Assembly (NCBI GenBank): GCA_030390025.1
Contig: CM059433.1
Span: 30,072,001-30,136,000 of the forward strand
Source of the DNA: Squalus acanthias
Taxonomy: Eukaryota
Length of the DNA: 64,000 bases
Direction of reading: 5' to 3'
Of this stretch, positions 1 to 12,478 are shown piece after piece. A program made the translations under genes and the position numbers. The stretch's first letter is position 1. Each line of letters opens with the position of its first letter. The notes below the pieces were generated by a model that was not told where the DNA came from, made no database searches, and worked only from the letters and a program-made list of their open reading frames with translations.

Positions 1-59
1 AAAAATGTTTACATGTTCTCGAGGGGGGAGGAAAAAGGTATTGGAATAAAGGAATGGTT

Positions 60-560
60 GCTGAGCCATAATTGGAGGTATGCAAAAGTTTGGTTGAAAA
101 GATGGATCTTGACAGTTTTTAAAGTTGAGAAGTGGGAGAGCTAGTGCGGTTTAGGGAGGAGTTCCAGAGCAGAGCTGAGGCAGCTGAAGGTTCTCTCCAA
201 TTGGAGGAGAGGATACAAAGCCAGAGGATGGAAGGGTGGTTAGAACATTTGAAGATGAGGGTGACCTTTTTAATTCGGCATGTTGAGGGTTGCTGTGGAT
301 GGGGCTAGTGCGAGGCTGAGATACAGACAGCTGAGTTTTTCCCAACACTGATTTTATGGAGCAAGCAAGATATTAAAATCAAGTCTAAAGGTAACAAAAT
401 AATCTTGAGGGTTTTGGTGGCAGTAGGGTTGACAACTGCAGACAAGTGATATATAGGAATGTGGGGTTTGAAGCTCAGCTGGGATTGAATCACACCAAGG
501 TTTTATGTGGCCTGGTTTTACCTGGACACCATTAGGAATTTGCTTTGTACTGTAGAAGTA
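60..560 (-). mobile_element. Degenerate LINE fragment, probably L2-clade 3' region
   Basis: Segment gtttagggagggagttccagagc...ggcagctgaagg resembles the antisense of L2-type 3' ends; no intact ORF; boundaries approximate. Confidence 0.4.
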
Positions 561-1838
561 TACCAAGTAATGAGTTAACACGTTCCTTTTTACAGCTTTC
601 TACTGCCAGCTGAAAAGGCCTTTAGTAAGTTCAATCACAGGAACAAAGTGGGTTACATTGGCAACCTCATGTGGTAGGAATAGCTTGCGTGGAGAAATGG
701 AGATGTAGTGCTCTACATCTAGAACTACATCTGATCTGAGTCTTGTTCACCAGGGTTGATACCCTGGCCCAGCTAGTGCTATTGGCATTACTAAGTGCCA
801 ATTGCACTTTAGTGCCACAGTTTCACATTCACTAATTGATACTTAATTGCACTGCCCATAAGCAGAAAATTCCTGGAACTGTCTCGTTTGTTCTTTTTCC
901 TCCTTCCTGTCATCTAACTTTTTTCTTAAGTCTATCCTTTGCTTATGTCTTGCTGTTGTGCATTTTTGTTGTCCCCTTCTGTCTCTCTTTTCCCCCCACT
1001 CCTCCCTGACTTGGTTACAATGGAGGCTGGGGGTCTGAGGTGGGAACTCAGTGTTGCAGTACATCTGGGCCATGGCCCGAACTGATGCTCAGTGTCTGAG
1101 ATGTCCTGCAATGTGTGCAGGGTGAGAAACTAGAGTGGGGCGAACATGGGGAGTGCTGGTGTGGCCCCAGGTCAGGAAAGAGTATAGAACCCAAACCAAA
1201 TTGCTGAAATACTTGCAACTTGACTACAGAGGTTATCAAAAATTGAGATCTCAGCATTTCACTATTTTAGGGTTTGTACCTTGAGACTCATTCAAAACAC
1301 CTCAAACTTTGCCTGCTGTGAGAATCTTATTCAAAACACCTCAAACTTTGCTCTCAAATAAAATGCATTCATTTAAATTCAGTTTGACCCAGCTAACTTC
1401 TCATTACTTTCTAGTGCCTGCTGTCAAGGAGACATAAATGTAAGGCTTTGGGCCACAAAAATGCTGTACAGTGAATCTGAGGCAGCAGCAAAGGTAGGAG
1501 GCTGAGACAGGCCTCCTTTCCAGAGAAAACAGCCCCTCACAAAAACAAGCAACTGATTAGTGGAGGAGGAAGCTGCAAACCATGTCGTCAATTCACTGAA
1601 CAGTGCAGTCCTGGGAGGGAGCAGGTGGGCTGTTAGCATAATTTAGTACCTGATTACTGGGGACTGATCCGATGGACTTAAAACAGACCAGTATTTGATC
1701 CTGTGATTTTTTTTTTTTGTACAGACTAATCAAATCCACAGGGCACAACTGACTATAGGGGACCATGATGGATGCAACTTGTCTAGATTTTTCAGGAGGT
1801 GAAAGTGATCTTGCCTGAAACTATTTTCTTCTCAACAG

Positions 1839-1913
1839 AGCTCCAGTTCTGGTGGCCTTGGCGCTGATCGAATGTGGAATGAAGTACGAAGATGCTGTTC
1901 AGTTCATTCGACA
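1839..1913 (+). CDS. PTP4A1: PRL-1 / protein tyrosine phosphatase 4A1, penultimate coding exon (75 nt)
   Basis: Acceptor ttttcttctcaacag at 1824-1838; translates (R)[24 protein letters not shown](Q); donor gtaagt at 1914; phase joins to the exon at 5380. Confidence 0.93.
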
Positions 1914-1945
1914 GTAAGTGAAGTTTGTATTGTGACCTTTATACA

Positions 1946-2251
1946 CTCAGAATCCCCACAGTGCAGATAGAGGCCATTTCGGTCCATCGAGCCTGCACCG
2001 ACACACATCCCACCCTATCCCCGTAACCCCATGTATTTAATCCCCCTAACTCTAAGGGTCAATTTATCATAGCCAAATCAACCTAACCCGCACATGTTTG
2101 GACTGTGGGAGGAAACCGGAGCACCTGGAGGAAACCCACGCAGACACGGGGAGAATGTGCAAACTCCACACAGTCACCCGAGGCCGGATTCGAACCCGGG
2201 TCCCTGGCGCTGTGAGGCAACAGTGCTAACCACTATGCCACCGTGTTGCCC
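1946..2251 (-). mobile_element. V-SINE (HE1-type), intronic
   Basis: tRNA-like head with A/B boxes (tggcatagtgg; ggttcgaatcc) and V-domain core gtctgcgtgggtttcctcc..tgctccggtttcctccc; near-identical copy at 47840. Confidence 0.88.
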
Positions 2252-2651
2252 TCCTGCCAAATCAGTGTGTTGTGTGCAGATATAGGGACTTGAGTTATAA
2301 CTCCAAGAACTAGGAATGTTTAAGTACCTAAAATTCAAAAGAATTGTCCCAAAAAAGCTGCTTTTTTTTAGTTTCATGTGAAAATGAAATAAAATATCTA
2401 GGAACTAAACTTAAGCTATAGCTCATGAACCTGACAGTCACTTTTTGGGTAAGGATTTTTATTGTCATGAGCAGACAATTGATCTCCCTATTGCCACGTT
2501 AACTCAAAACACAAGCTTGCCGCTGACCTCAAAGCTGCTGCCCACAAAGATCTAGCGATCTCTGGTATGAATTTCACCTCTCCTGACGTTAATTTGATTC
2601 TGGTGCCAAGTCTAGGGGATCTCCAGTGTCCAGCAACAGTGATGTCATCAA

Positions 2652-3053
2652 AAATAACAATGCTGGAAAAACTCAGCAGGCCAGGCAGCATCCGTAGAGA
2701 GAAACAGTTAATGTTTCAGGTCGAAGACCTTTCGTCAGAACTGGAAAAAAGCAGGACATGGAATAGATTTTAAAGCAAGTTTAGGGGCTGGGAAATGGGA
2801 GGAGATGAAAGAACAAAAGGGAAGGTCAGTGATGAGATAGAAAGCAGGAGAGATTGAGATGTGTCCCCCCATTTCCCAGCCCCTAAACCTGCTTTAAAAT
2901 CTATTCCATTTCCTGCTTTTTTCCAGTTCTGACGAAAGGTCTTCGACCTGAAACGTTAACTCTGTTTCTCTCTCCACGGATGCTGCCTGGCCTGCTGAGT
3001 TTTTCCAGCGTTATTTTGGATTTCCAGCATCCGCAGTATTTTGCTATTGTATT
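2652..3053. mobile_element. Penelope-like element remnant: two pseudo-LTR copies in inverted orientation
   Basis: 14-bp TSD agtgatgtcatcaa (2638-2651 / 3054-3067); long inverted arms; same repeat is attached to a GIY-YIG ORF at 34238-34471. Confidence 0.85.
2925..2961 (+). ncRNA. Minimal type I hammerhead ribozyme motif (Penelope pLTR)
   Basis: agtt-CTGACGA-a-aggtc-ttc-gacct-GAAA-cgtt-aact: both core boxes, 5-bp stem II, palindromic stem III, stem I AGTT/AACT. Confidence 0.75.
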
Positions 3054-3554
3054 AGTGATGTCATCAAGCTGGCTTAAGCAGCCAATCACAAAGAATTCTC
3101 AGACAGCAAACCAGGAAGTAAAATGCACTGATTTTCCTTCACTTAATTAATTAATCATTTGACCGCAAAATAAAGATTGGGACATACACATGGGATTAAG
3201 GTAGAAGGTGAAATACCAAACTTTAAAAAAAAATTATATTAAACCATAGAATTTTTATCATAATGGAAAACATTTGACATTCCACAAATAAAATTAGTTT
3301 TTCAGGGCTAGATTGGTTCAGCAGTCAGTATGCTGTTTAAAAACCCAGTTACCTCTCAACAAGGCTTCACTTTTTAAGGGTTTTAACAGTGATATTCCAG
3401 CATAAAGGGGGAAGTTTTTGTCAGTTCAGTGTGATTTGAATTGATTGCAAGCTCTGGGGAGTTCCACAGCGCAGCCTGTCGAGGATCAGGAAATGATTAA
3501 CAGTTTCTGCGTATGTGCGGACTCCAGAAGTTGCATCAGTTTCACAGAAGTAAT

Positions 3555-4309
3555 GGCCCAGAAATTGCAGTGTGAGGGTTCGTGCGAGGGTAAGCCCTTC
3601 CCGCGATGTCTCACTGCGCCTTGGCTTTTTCAGTCCCAGCTCGCTGGAACTTCATGTCCCAGCCATCAGCTGCGAGTGCATCGTGATTCCACAGTGCGGA
3701 GTTAGTTCGAGTGCACTGTGGGATCACGTGACTGAGTTACAGCCAATGGCAGCACACCAAGCTCTCATTCATAGAATTCACAGCGGCCATTGAACTGCTG
3801 TGAAAACTAGGAATACAACAAGCCCCCAAAAGAAGAGCTAAACCTCCATTAAATTAAAAAAAAAACCCATCACATTATTAAAATAAGTGTAATTAAATAA
3901 ATTAACCTTTTTAAACAAAAAAATAAATTTTTGAAAAAATTTTAAATCTTTTAAAATGTTATAAAAATAAACTTACCTGTCTTTAAAGTCGCTACTAAAG
4001 ATTTACCTGTAAAAAAAAAATTCTAAATACTACTTAATTATGTACTTACCTGGTTAAAAGAGGCTCCTGCGCCTGCTTTTTACTTTTCCAGAATCTTCAA
4101 TACTTACCTGCGTGCGCAAGCGATGAAGTGCACTGCGTGCGCGCAGCCTGTAGCGCGCACGCGGTGCACTGAGGACCCGCCCCCTTTCACTTCCATCAAT
4201 TGCCGGTTTTCAGTGCATGCGCAGTGCATGCTGAAAACCGGCAATTGAAGTCTGGCTGCGCGAGTGTACACTGTGCGTACTCTCGCGCAGCCGGATCAAT
4301 TTCTGGGCC
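3555..4309. mobile_element. Non-autonomous PIF/Harbinger-type MITE nested in an older MITE ending near 4364
   Basis: Perfect 13-bp TIR GGCCCAGAAATTG / CAATTTCTGGGCC and 3-bp TSD AAT on both sides. Confidence 0.8.
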
Positions 4310-5379
4310 AATGACCGCAAATGCTGACAGTTTCACTGCTGTTAACTGCTGCAAAATCCGGGCCACTGTATTGTATACTTGAAATAGACTTGATATGCCC
4401 CTCAGCCAGCAATCTTTCTGCTTCTTGGCAAACCTATTTAACTGAAAATCTGACTTGCTATATATATGCAGCGTAGCCTGTTTTATTTTGAACTAAATTC
4501 ACAAATTTGTTAGCTAATTGCTAGCTGAGATTGAAGACTCTTCAAAAGAAGGAATCGGTGCCTTTCGTACATTGATGTTCATGTGGCATCTAATTGTGTT
4601 TTGAATAAATTCAAATGTTTTTTGCTTTATTAATTTTCTTGGTGGGTTACTTCAAATGCTTAATCACTTCTAATTTTAAGTTCTTTAGTGCCATTTACAT
4701 AGAATTTATTGCACACAGACCATTTGTGTCTATGCTCCACACAAGCTTACACTCGCTCTATTTACTTCATCTCATCCCATCCAATCAACATATCCTTCGA
4801 TTCCTTTTTCCTCCATTTAATTGGTGCACTTTGAAGTAAATATACCACTTATTTCCTTTGAGGTCTCAACTGCCTCCTTTCTAGATTGTAAAATTTACCC
4901 TTCTCATCTTCACTCTTGGATTTTTTCCCCTGTACCCTTTCTAAATTGTGACTAGAGCTGAACATTGGCATCAAAGACTATGACCATTAGAGAGCAATTC
5001 CATCTTGAAAGGAGCTGTATTCCTCACTTGCAAATATAGCTTTTGAATTGGCAATCTTGTATGTTTAAACTCTAATGCTGTAACACATGCTGTGCATCAA
5101 TCGACTACCCACGTCATCACACACCAGTATCTGTCAGTGTTTGAACTAGCCGCTTTCAAAACTGAAGGGACCATTAAAACAAACTGGCTGAGTAACTGAA
5201 ATGCGACGGGTAACTGGATTATTTGTATTGGGGAATGAGGATAAGCAATTGAAGGATTCTGGCTTCAGGTAATAGGGAAGGCAGTATTTGGGTCAATTTT
5301 ATGGGGGAAAACTTGAAACCGTTCAGGGCAGGTACAAAATGCATGGGAGCGCTTTTAAACCTTGTATTTTATATTACAG

Positions 5380-5497
5380 AAAACGACGCGGAGCTTTCAA
5401 TAGCAAGCAGCTCCTGTACCTGGAGAAATACCGTCCCAAAATGCGTCTGCGCTTTAAAGATTCCAACGGTCATCGGAATAATTGCTGCATCCAGTAA
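5380..5497 (+). CDS. PTP4A1: PRL-1 / PTP4A1 last coding exon, ending in polybasic region and CAAX box CCIQ
   Basis: Acceptor ttacag ends 5379; encodes [38 protein letters not shown], the PRL-1-type C-terminus (PRL-2 ends RDTNGHCCVQ). Confidence 0.93.
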
Positions 5498-6970
5498 TGT
5501 CTGAGGCTCGATCACCTAATTCATCTGAAGGCAGAGGAGGTGGCCAACTTGGCTAGTTCAGCTGGGGAACGTAACATTTTAGATGTGCTTGTAATGTCAA
5601 CTGGTGCTTCCGTGGGAGTTGGGAGATGGTGTTTTGTTTTAAACCGAGATTCTCTTGCCTTCAGATCCACTTTTTGTGAGCTAAAAAGTTGCTGCTGTAT
5701 GTTTCTAAACTAGAAGAGGGTTCCCTCCCCAATTGGTTTCAGAGTGTAGACTCTTTCCATGTTAACTGTCTTAACAGCTGTGAAATACAGCATGTGTATA
5801 CCATGCAGTGCACCCTTGCTGTTTAGATGCAAAGTAAAGAGATATAATGGCTAAATTAAGCACTAAATTGCTGCCAGAATTTTTTTTACTGGGTTCCACA
5901 TGTGTGAAGAAGCTGGAATCTTTAACACTTTTTTTCCCCCCTCCTCTGCTTCCTGTCTTGAGTCACTTTGTGCATTGCAAAACTACCGTCAGCTTTTCGG
6001 TATCTCTTTGAAAGTTTGTCTGGATGGGACATTGCTACATGAATCTTGTGCACAGCTCCTTCAGATGAGTGTCCTGCGTGCTAGCGTCAAGATTTAACTT
6101 GGCTGGCTGCTCACTGTACACCAACACTGTACATGCCCTCCCACAGTCGTACTGGAACTAGTTGCTGCACAGCAGTACGCCTAGGTTTCTTTTTTAAACT
6201 TATCACTGACTAAAGTCGTTATAGTACATTTGAATGCCCTCTTTGTTCTGCTGATGTATATTGCATTTTCAAAAAGGCTTGCAATGCATTTAATAATTGT
6301 TATAAATCATGTGGCATACCATTAATTCTTTCTCCCACCCACACACACACTATGCAGTCTTTAGTGTCCGAACTGTTGGACTGTGAACATTGCAATGCTC
6401 ATAGTGTACAGAAGCACACATGGGTTTAGTTTTCAAAATAAAGCCTTACAAGAAAACACTGGCACTCAATTGATATTTAGGGAGGGTCTAAAACAAGGAT
6501 TGGGGAGGGGGGCTATTTAATATTAGTATGTTGCCTTTGTCTTGTGCAGGAAATGTATATTGGGGTTTGCCCATTACATACCAAGTAATTTTTTAAAAGT
6601 AGAAATGCTTTGTTGTAGCTAAATTCATATTGTACAGTAACTTTCTGAAACTTGTAATCTTTCGTTTGATGTACTATTGGAGTTTTACCAACTTGTCAGA
6701 AGCGTGATTTGAGTTTCTGCTTAAACTATGCAGACCCTGATGTCTAATATTTTGTATGCCTTTTGATTGCATAAGTTGATACTTGATCATTTAATTATGT
6801 AATTTGATGCAATGTTGTATTAATGTTAGATAAACCATATTTATACTGTCTTGGGAACATGTGGTATAGTTCTGTGGGAGAAGTAATTTGCCAGTATTCA
6901 CCAGCTTGTTTAAAATCTAGTGCGAGAGCTTGTCGTCTGAAATAAAAAAATTGGGGGAAAAAAAGTGTCT
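5498..6970 (+). other. PTP4A1: PTP4A1 3'UTR
   Basis: No recognisable TE after the stop codon; AATAAA at 6437-6442 and 6941-6946, the latter followed by a GT/T-rich tract (gtgtctttgtattcttttggtgg). Confidence 0.75.
6941..6946 (+). terminator. Polyadenylation signal (distal)
   Basis: AATAAA with a downstream GU/U-rich element at about 6965-6995. Confidence 0.7.
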
Positions 6971-9443
6971 TTGTATTCTTTTGGTGGTTCTTGTACGGTT
7001 TATCCTGCGTCAGTACAACTATGCCTGTTACCTGTAGTTTTAAACTTGATGCAATTATTCCAGGTCTGGCGAACTACTATTCTCAAGAGTCTTGATGGGA
7101 AAGGTGAAAAGTTGATGACTACATGCTTCATTTATGGGTTCAAGTGTGAAGGAGTACAAGAATCTTTGCATTGGTGCTATGATCTGATAACTTGAACCTT
7201 ATTTGCTGATGACAAGTTTAAATTTTGAAAGGCATTCTGTCTTGAGTTTCTGGTAATTTGGCTAGTATGTGGGAACTGACAATGGTGCTTCAGATTTTCA
7301 TCACTTAATGATTGCTTAAACCCATGGATGCACTGGAATTTACCACTAGCTGTTGACACAATGTTCTTTGCTTGGTGTTGACATCTGATGGGACAATACT
7401 TCTCCACCATTGGCATAGTGCCTTGCTGCTGGCAGCTGCAGTGTGTAAGTGGGCACATTGCCTTGCATGCCCCATTCACTGCACTTGTAATTTTGGGAGG
7501 CTGTGCTGTAGGTACATGACTGCATTCAAGTGTGTATATATAAAGGCAAATTAGGTCCCATGTTTAATTGACTTCAGGCAAAGCTCTGACTGCAATAGAC
7601 ACCTTGCCTTTATTGAATGGGCATATTGGAATCCAGCCACCTGGCTCGCCAGTTGACTGAGGGGAGATTGTGGGGGGTTTTTGGTATTTGCAATTGCATC
7701 TTGTTCCATGCATTACTTATTACTGGGTACTTTGGCATTTTGTCCTGCCGATGTTTGTTATTGGTAGCTGCTGCTACTGGTTTGCACTGAAGATGAGGTA
7801 GGAATTCCCTTGTTGTGATGCATCATGACTTTGAGGGTGCAACAAATACTATGCAATATGTTTGTCTGAACTCCTCACTATCCTTGAGCTTGTAATAGAC
7901 ACCTCAACATGTTTTTGAAGGGACCTACCTCCACTTTCCAAGAGACTGCATAATAACTAGCCAACATGTGGAACAGGGCTCACTCTTCAGGTAGAAGTGA
8001 GACTTCACTCTTGAACTGAGCTGGCCGAGTCTTGAAGGACATAGCTGCCAGTCTGAGTCAACACGAGGGGAAAAACCTACTTGACCTAGTCCTCACCAAT
8101 CTACCACAGTCATTGGGGAGACGAAGCCCCATATTCACTGAGGACACCCTCCATGTTGTGTGGCACGACCTTCATGCTAAATGGGATTGATTCAGAACAG
8201 CTCTAGCAGCTTAAAACTGGGCATTTGTGAGGTGCTGTGGGGCAGCAGCATTGTATTCCACCACAATCTAACCTCATGGCCTGGCATATTCCTCACTCTA
8301 CCATTAAGCCAGATGACCAACCCTGGTTCAGGGAGTGTAGAAGAGCATGCCTGGAGCAGCACCAGGCATACCTAAGGTGCCAACCTGGGGAAGCTGCAAC
8401 AGTATTACATGCATGCTAAAAAGCAGCACAGTATAGGCAAAGCAATCTCACAATCAACAGATCAGATCAAAGCTCTGCAGTCCTACCACATCCAGTCATG
8501 GATGGTGGTGGACCATTAAACATAACAGGAGGCGGCAGCTCCATGAATATCTCCATCCTCAATGATGGTGGAGCTCAGCACGTGAGTGCAAAAGATAAGG
8601 CTGAAGCATTTGCAACCATCTTCAGCCGGAAGTGCCGAGTGGATGATCCATATCGCCCTCCTCCTGAGGTCCCTACCATCACGGAAGCCAATCTTCAGCC
8701 AATTTGATTCACTCCACATGATATCAAGAAACGGCTGAGCGGACTGGAAAGAGCAAAGGCTGAGACCTGACAACATTCCGGCTATCGTGCTGAAGACTTG
8801 TGCTCCAGAACTAGCCGTGCCTCTAGCCAAGCTGTTCCAGTACAGCTACAACACTGGCATCTATCTGACAATGTGGAAAACTGCCCAGGTATGTCCTGTC
8901 CACAAAAAGCAGGACAAATCCAACCCGACCAATTACCACCCCATCAGTCTACTCTCAATCAGCAGCAAAGTGATGGAAGGTGGCGTCGACAGTGCTATTA
9001 AGCGGCACTTACTAATAACCTGCTCACTGATGCCCAGTTTGGGTTGCGCCAGGACCACTCTGCTTCCAACCTCATTACAGCCTTGGTCCGAATGTGGACA
9101 AAGGAGCTGAATTCCAGAGGTGAGGTGAGAGTGACTGCCCTTGACATCAAGGCAGCATTTGACCAAGTATGGCATCAAGGAGCCCTAGTAAAACTGAAGT
9201 CAATGGGAATTGGGGTGGGGAAAACGCTCCACTGGCTGGAGTCATACCTAGCACAAAGGAAGGTGGTGGTTGGTGGTCAATCATTACAGCCCCAGGACAT
9301 CGCTGCAGGAGTTCCTCAGAGCAGTGTCCAAGGCCCAACCATCTTCAGCTGCTTCATCAATGACCTTCCCTCCATCATAAGGTCAAAAATGGGGATGTTT
9401 GCTGATGACTGCACAGTGTTCAGTGCCATTCGCAACTCCTCAT

Positions 9444-12400
9444 AAGAACATAAGTAAGAGCAGGAGTATGCCATATGGCCCTTTGAGCCTGCTCCACCAT
9501 TCAATAAGATCATGGCTGATCATCGACCTCAACTCCACTTTCCTGCCCGATCTCCATATCCCTTGATTTCCCCTAGAGTCCAAAAATCTATTTCAGCCTC
9601 GAATATACTCAAAGACTCAGCATTCACAGCCCTCTGGGGCAGAGAATTCCAAAGATTCACAACCCTCTGAGTGAAGAAATTCTTCCTCATCTCAGGCTTA
9701 AATGGCTTACCCCTTATCCTGAGACTATGCCCCCCTAGTTCTAGACACTCCAGCCAGGGGAAACAACCTCTCAGCATCTACCCTGTCAATCCCCTTCAGA
9801 ATCTTGTATGTTTTAATGAGATCACCTCTCATTCTTCTAGACTCCAGAGAGTATAGGCCCATTCTACACAATCTCTCATCATAGGACAGCCCTCTCATCC
9901 CAGGAATCAATCTGGTGAACCTTCGTTGCACCGTCTCCAAGGCAAGTATATCCTTCCTTAGATAAGGAGACCAAAACTGTGCTCAGTACTCCAGTTGTGG
10001 TCTCACCAAGGCCCTGTACAATTGTAGCAAGACTTCCTTACTCTTATACTCCAACCCCCTTGCAATAAAGGCCAACATGCCATTTGCCTTTCTTATTGCT
10101 TGCTGTACCTGCATGCTAGCTTTCTGTGTTTCTTGCACGAGGACACCCAAATCTCACCATTTAAAAAATATTCTGTTTTTCTATTCTTCCTACCAAAGTG
10201 AATAACCTCACATTTCCCTACATTGTACTCCCATCTGCCACCTTACTGCCCACTCACTTACTGTCTATCTATATCCCATTGCAGACTCTGTGTTCTCCTC
10301 ACAGCTTACTGTCCCACCTAGCTTTGTATCATCAGCAAACTTGGATACATTACACTCGGTCCCTTCATCTAGGTCATTAATATAGATTGTAAATAGCTGA
10401 GGCCCCAACACTGATCCTTGCGGCACCCCACTAGTTACAGCCTGCCAACCTGAAAAAGATCCGTTTATCCATACTCTCTGTTTTCTGTCCATTAACTAAT
10501 CCTCTATCCATGCCTTTGTTGCAAGCTCCTACTATTTCTTGATTAATATTCTGTCCAACGGTATAGCTACTGTTAGGGGGCCTATATACCACTCCTACCA
10601 GTGTTTTCTGCCCCTTGTTATTCCTTATCTCCACCCATACTGATTCTACTTCCTGATCTTCCGAGCCGAGATCCTTTCTCACTACTGTCCTTATGTCATC
10701 CTTTATTATCAGGGCTACTCTCCCTCCTTTTCCATTCTGCCTGTCTTTTCAAAACGTCAAGTACCGTGGAACATTTAGTTCCCAACCTTGGCCACCTTGC
10801 AACCATGTCTCTGTAATGGCTATTAGATCAAACCCTATTTGTGCCACTAGTTCGTCCATCTTGTTATGAATGCTTTGTGCATTCAGATAAAGAGCCTTTA
10901 ATTTAAATTTTTTACCATTATTCCCTGCTTTGACCTTATTCTCTGCTTCCCTGCTACCATTAAACTCTCTGTACCTTCCTGTCACACTCTGCTTATTTTT
11001 TACCCAAATCGCTACACTGCTCTATTGCCTTGACCTTTCTCTTTAGATTTCTAAATTTCCCCTCACCTGACCCTTTTTCCCCAGTACTGGTGCTAGTGCC
11101 CCATGAATTGAAACCCCTTTTTCCCACACCACTCTTTGAGCCACGCATTTAACTCTCTGATCTGCTGGACCCTATGCCAATTTGTGTGTGCCTCAGGTAG
11201 TAATTCAGAGATTATTACCCTCGTGGTTCTGCTTATTAATTTAGACCCTAGCTCCTCAAACACCCTCAACAGAACCTCATTCTTAGCTCTACCTATGTCA
11301 TTGGTTCCTACATGGACCACGACAACTGGATCCTCCCCCTCCCACTCCAAGTCCTTCTCCAGCCGCGAGGAGATATCCTTAACCCTGGTACCAGACAGGC
11401 AGCAGAGTCTTCGGGACTCTCTTTCGCGGCTGCAGAGAACAGTATCTATCCCCCTGACTATAATGTCCGCTACTACTACCACATTCCTTCCTTCTCCCCC
11501 CCCACTTGGATGGCCCCCTGTACCTCGGTGCCATGGTCAGTTTGCCCATCCTCCCTGCAGTCCTTTTCCTCATCCATACAGGTAGAAAGTACCTCGTACC
11601 TATTGGACATGGTCCAGGGCTGAGGCTCCTCCATCACTACATCCTGGGTCCCCATACCTTCCGGACTCGCAGTCACACCCTCCTGTCCCTGACCACTGAT
11701 GAACTCTAAAGTACTACTTAACCTAAAGGGTGTGACTCCCTCCTGGAGCAAAGTGTCCAGGTAACTCTCCCCCTCCCTGATGCATCGCAATGTCTGCAGC
11801 TCGTACTCCAGCTCAACAATTCTGAGCCGAAGTTCCTCGAGTTGCAGACACTGCAGATGTGGTTGCTCGGGATCGCGATGCTCTCCACAAACTCCCACAT
11901 GCTGCAGTTATGACACACCACCTGCCCTGCCATCTCTAACCTTGTTTTATTAATTAATTAATTAATTAATTAGTTAAAAATTTTATTCAATCGATATTTT
12001 AGGTTTATTGTTTGATTATTTTATTTAGTTTAAGCTATTCATTTAATAAGTACTAGCAAGTTACAGTTTCTCAGCTCTTAATTTAACCCCCTTCCCTAAC
12101 TTAGACAGCAAAAAGAGCTGCAATACTCACCAACCAATCACCTACATGTTCTCCTGTGACGTCACTTTTTGATGTTTTTGATTCAAAGCCTCGCGCTGCC
12201 GCTGCTTTAATTCAGGTCCGCTCTCGGGCCGTTTTTTATCTCTCGCCGCTGCCGCTGCTTTAATTCAGGTCCGCTCTCGGGCCGTTTTTTATCTCTCGCC
12301 GCTGCCGCTGCTTTAATTCAGGTCCGCTCTCGGGCCGTTTTTTATCTCTCGCCGCTGCCGCTGCTTTAATTCAGGTCCGCTCTCGGGCCATTTTTTATCT

Positions 12401-12478
12401 CTCGCCGCTGCCGCTGCTTTAATTCAGGTCCGCTCATGGGCCGCTCTTTATCCTGTCGCTGCTGCTGCTGCTACTGTA
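9444..12478 (-). mobile_element. CR1 LINE retaining 5'UTR and ORF1, with large internal ORF2 deletion at about 10512
   Basis: ORF1 remnants 11093-11933 (CxxC zinc finger, SGNH esterase motif VVVHVGTND), endonuclease (YLNAQSI..ITETW, GVVYRPP), RT ([15 protein letters not shown]), (TTCTTATG)n tail at 9444. Confidence 0.9.
12194..12458. repeat. Five tandem 53-bp units in the CR1 5'UTR
   Basis: Unit cgctgccgctgctttaattcaggtccgctctcgggccgttttttatctctcgc starts at 12194, 12247, 12300, 12353 and 12406 (last unit degenerate). Confidence 0.95.

Noticed and set aside
5288..5379. N-terminal part of the 69-aa ORF
   Set aside because: Intronic read-through; the real exon begins after the acceptor at 5379.
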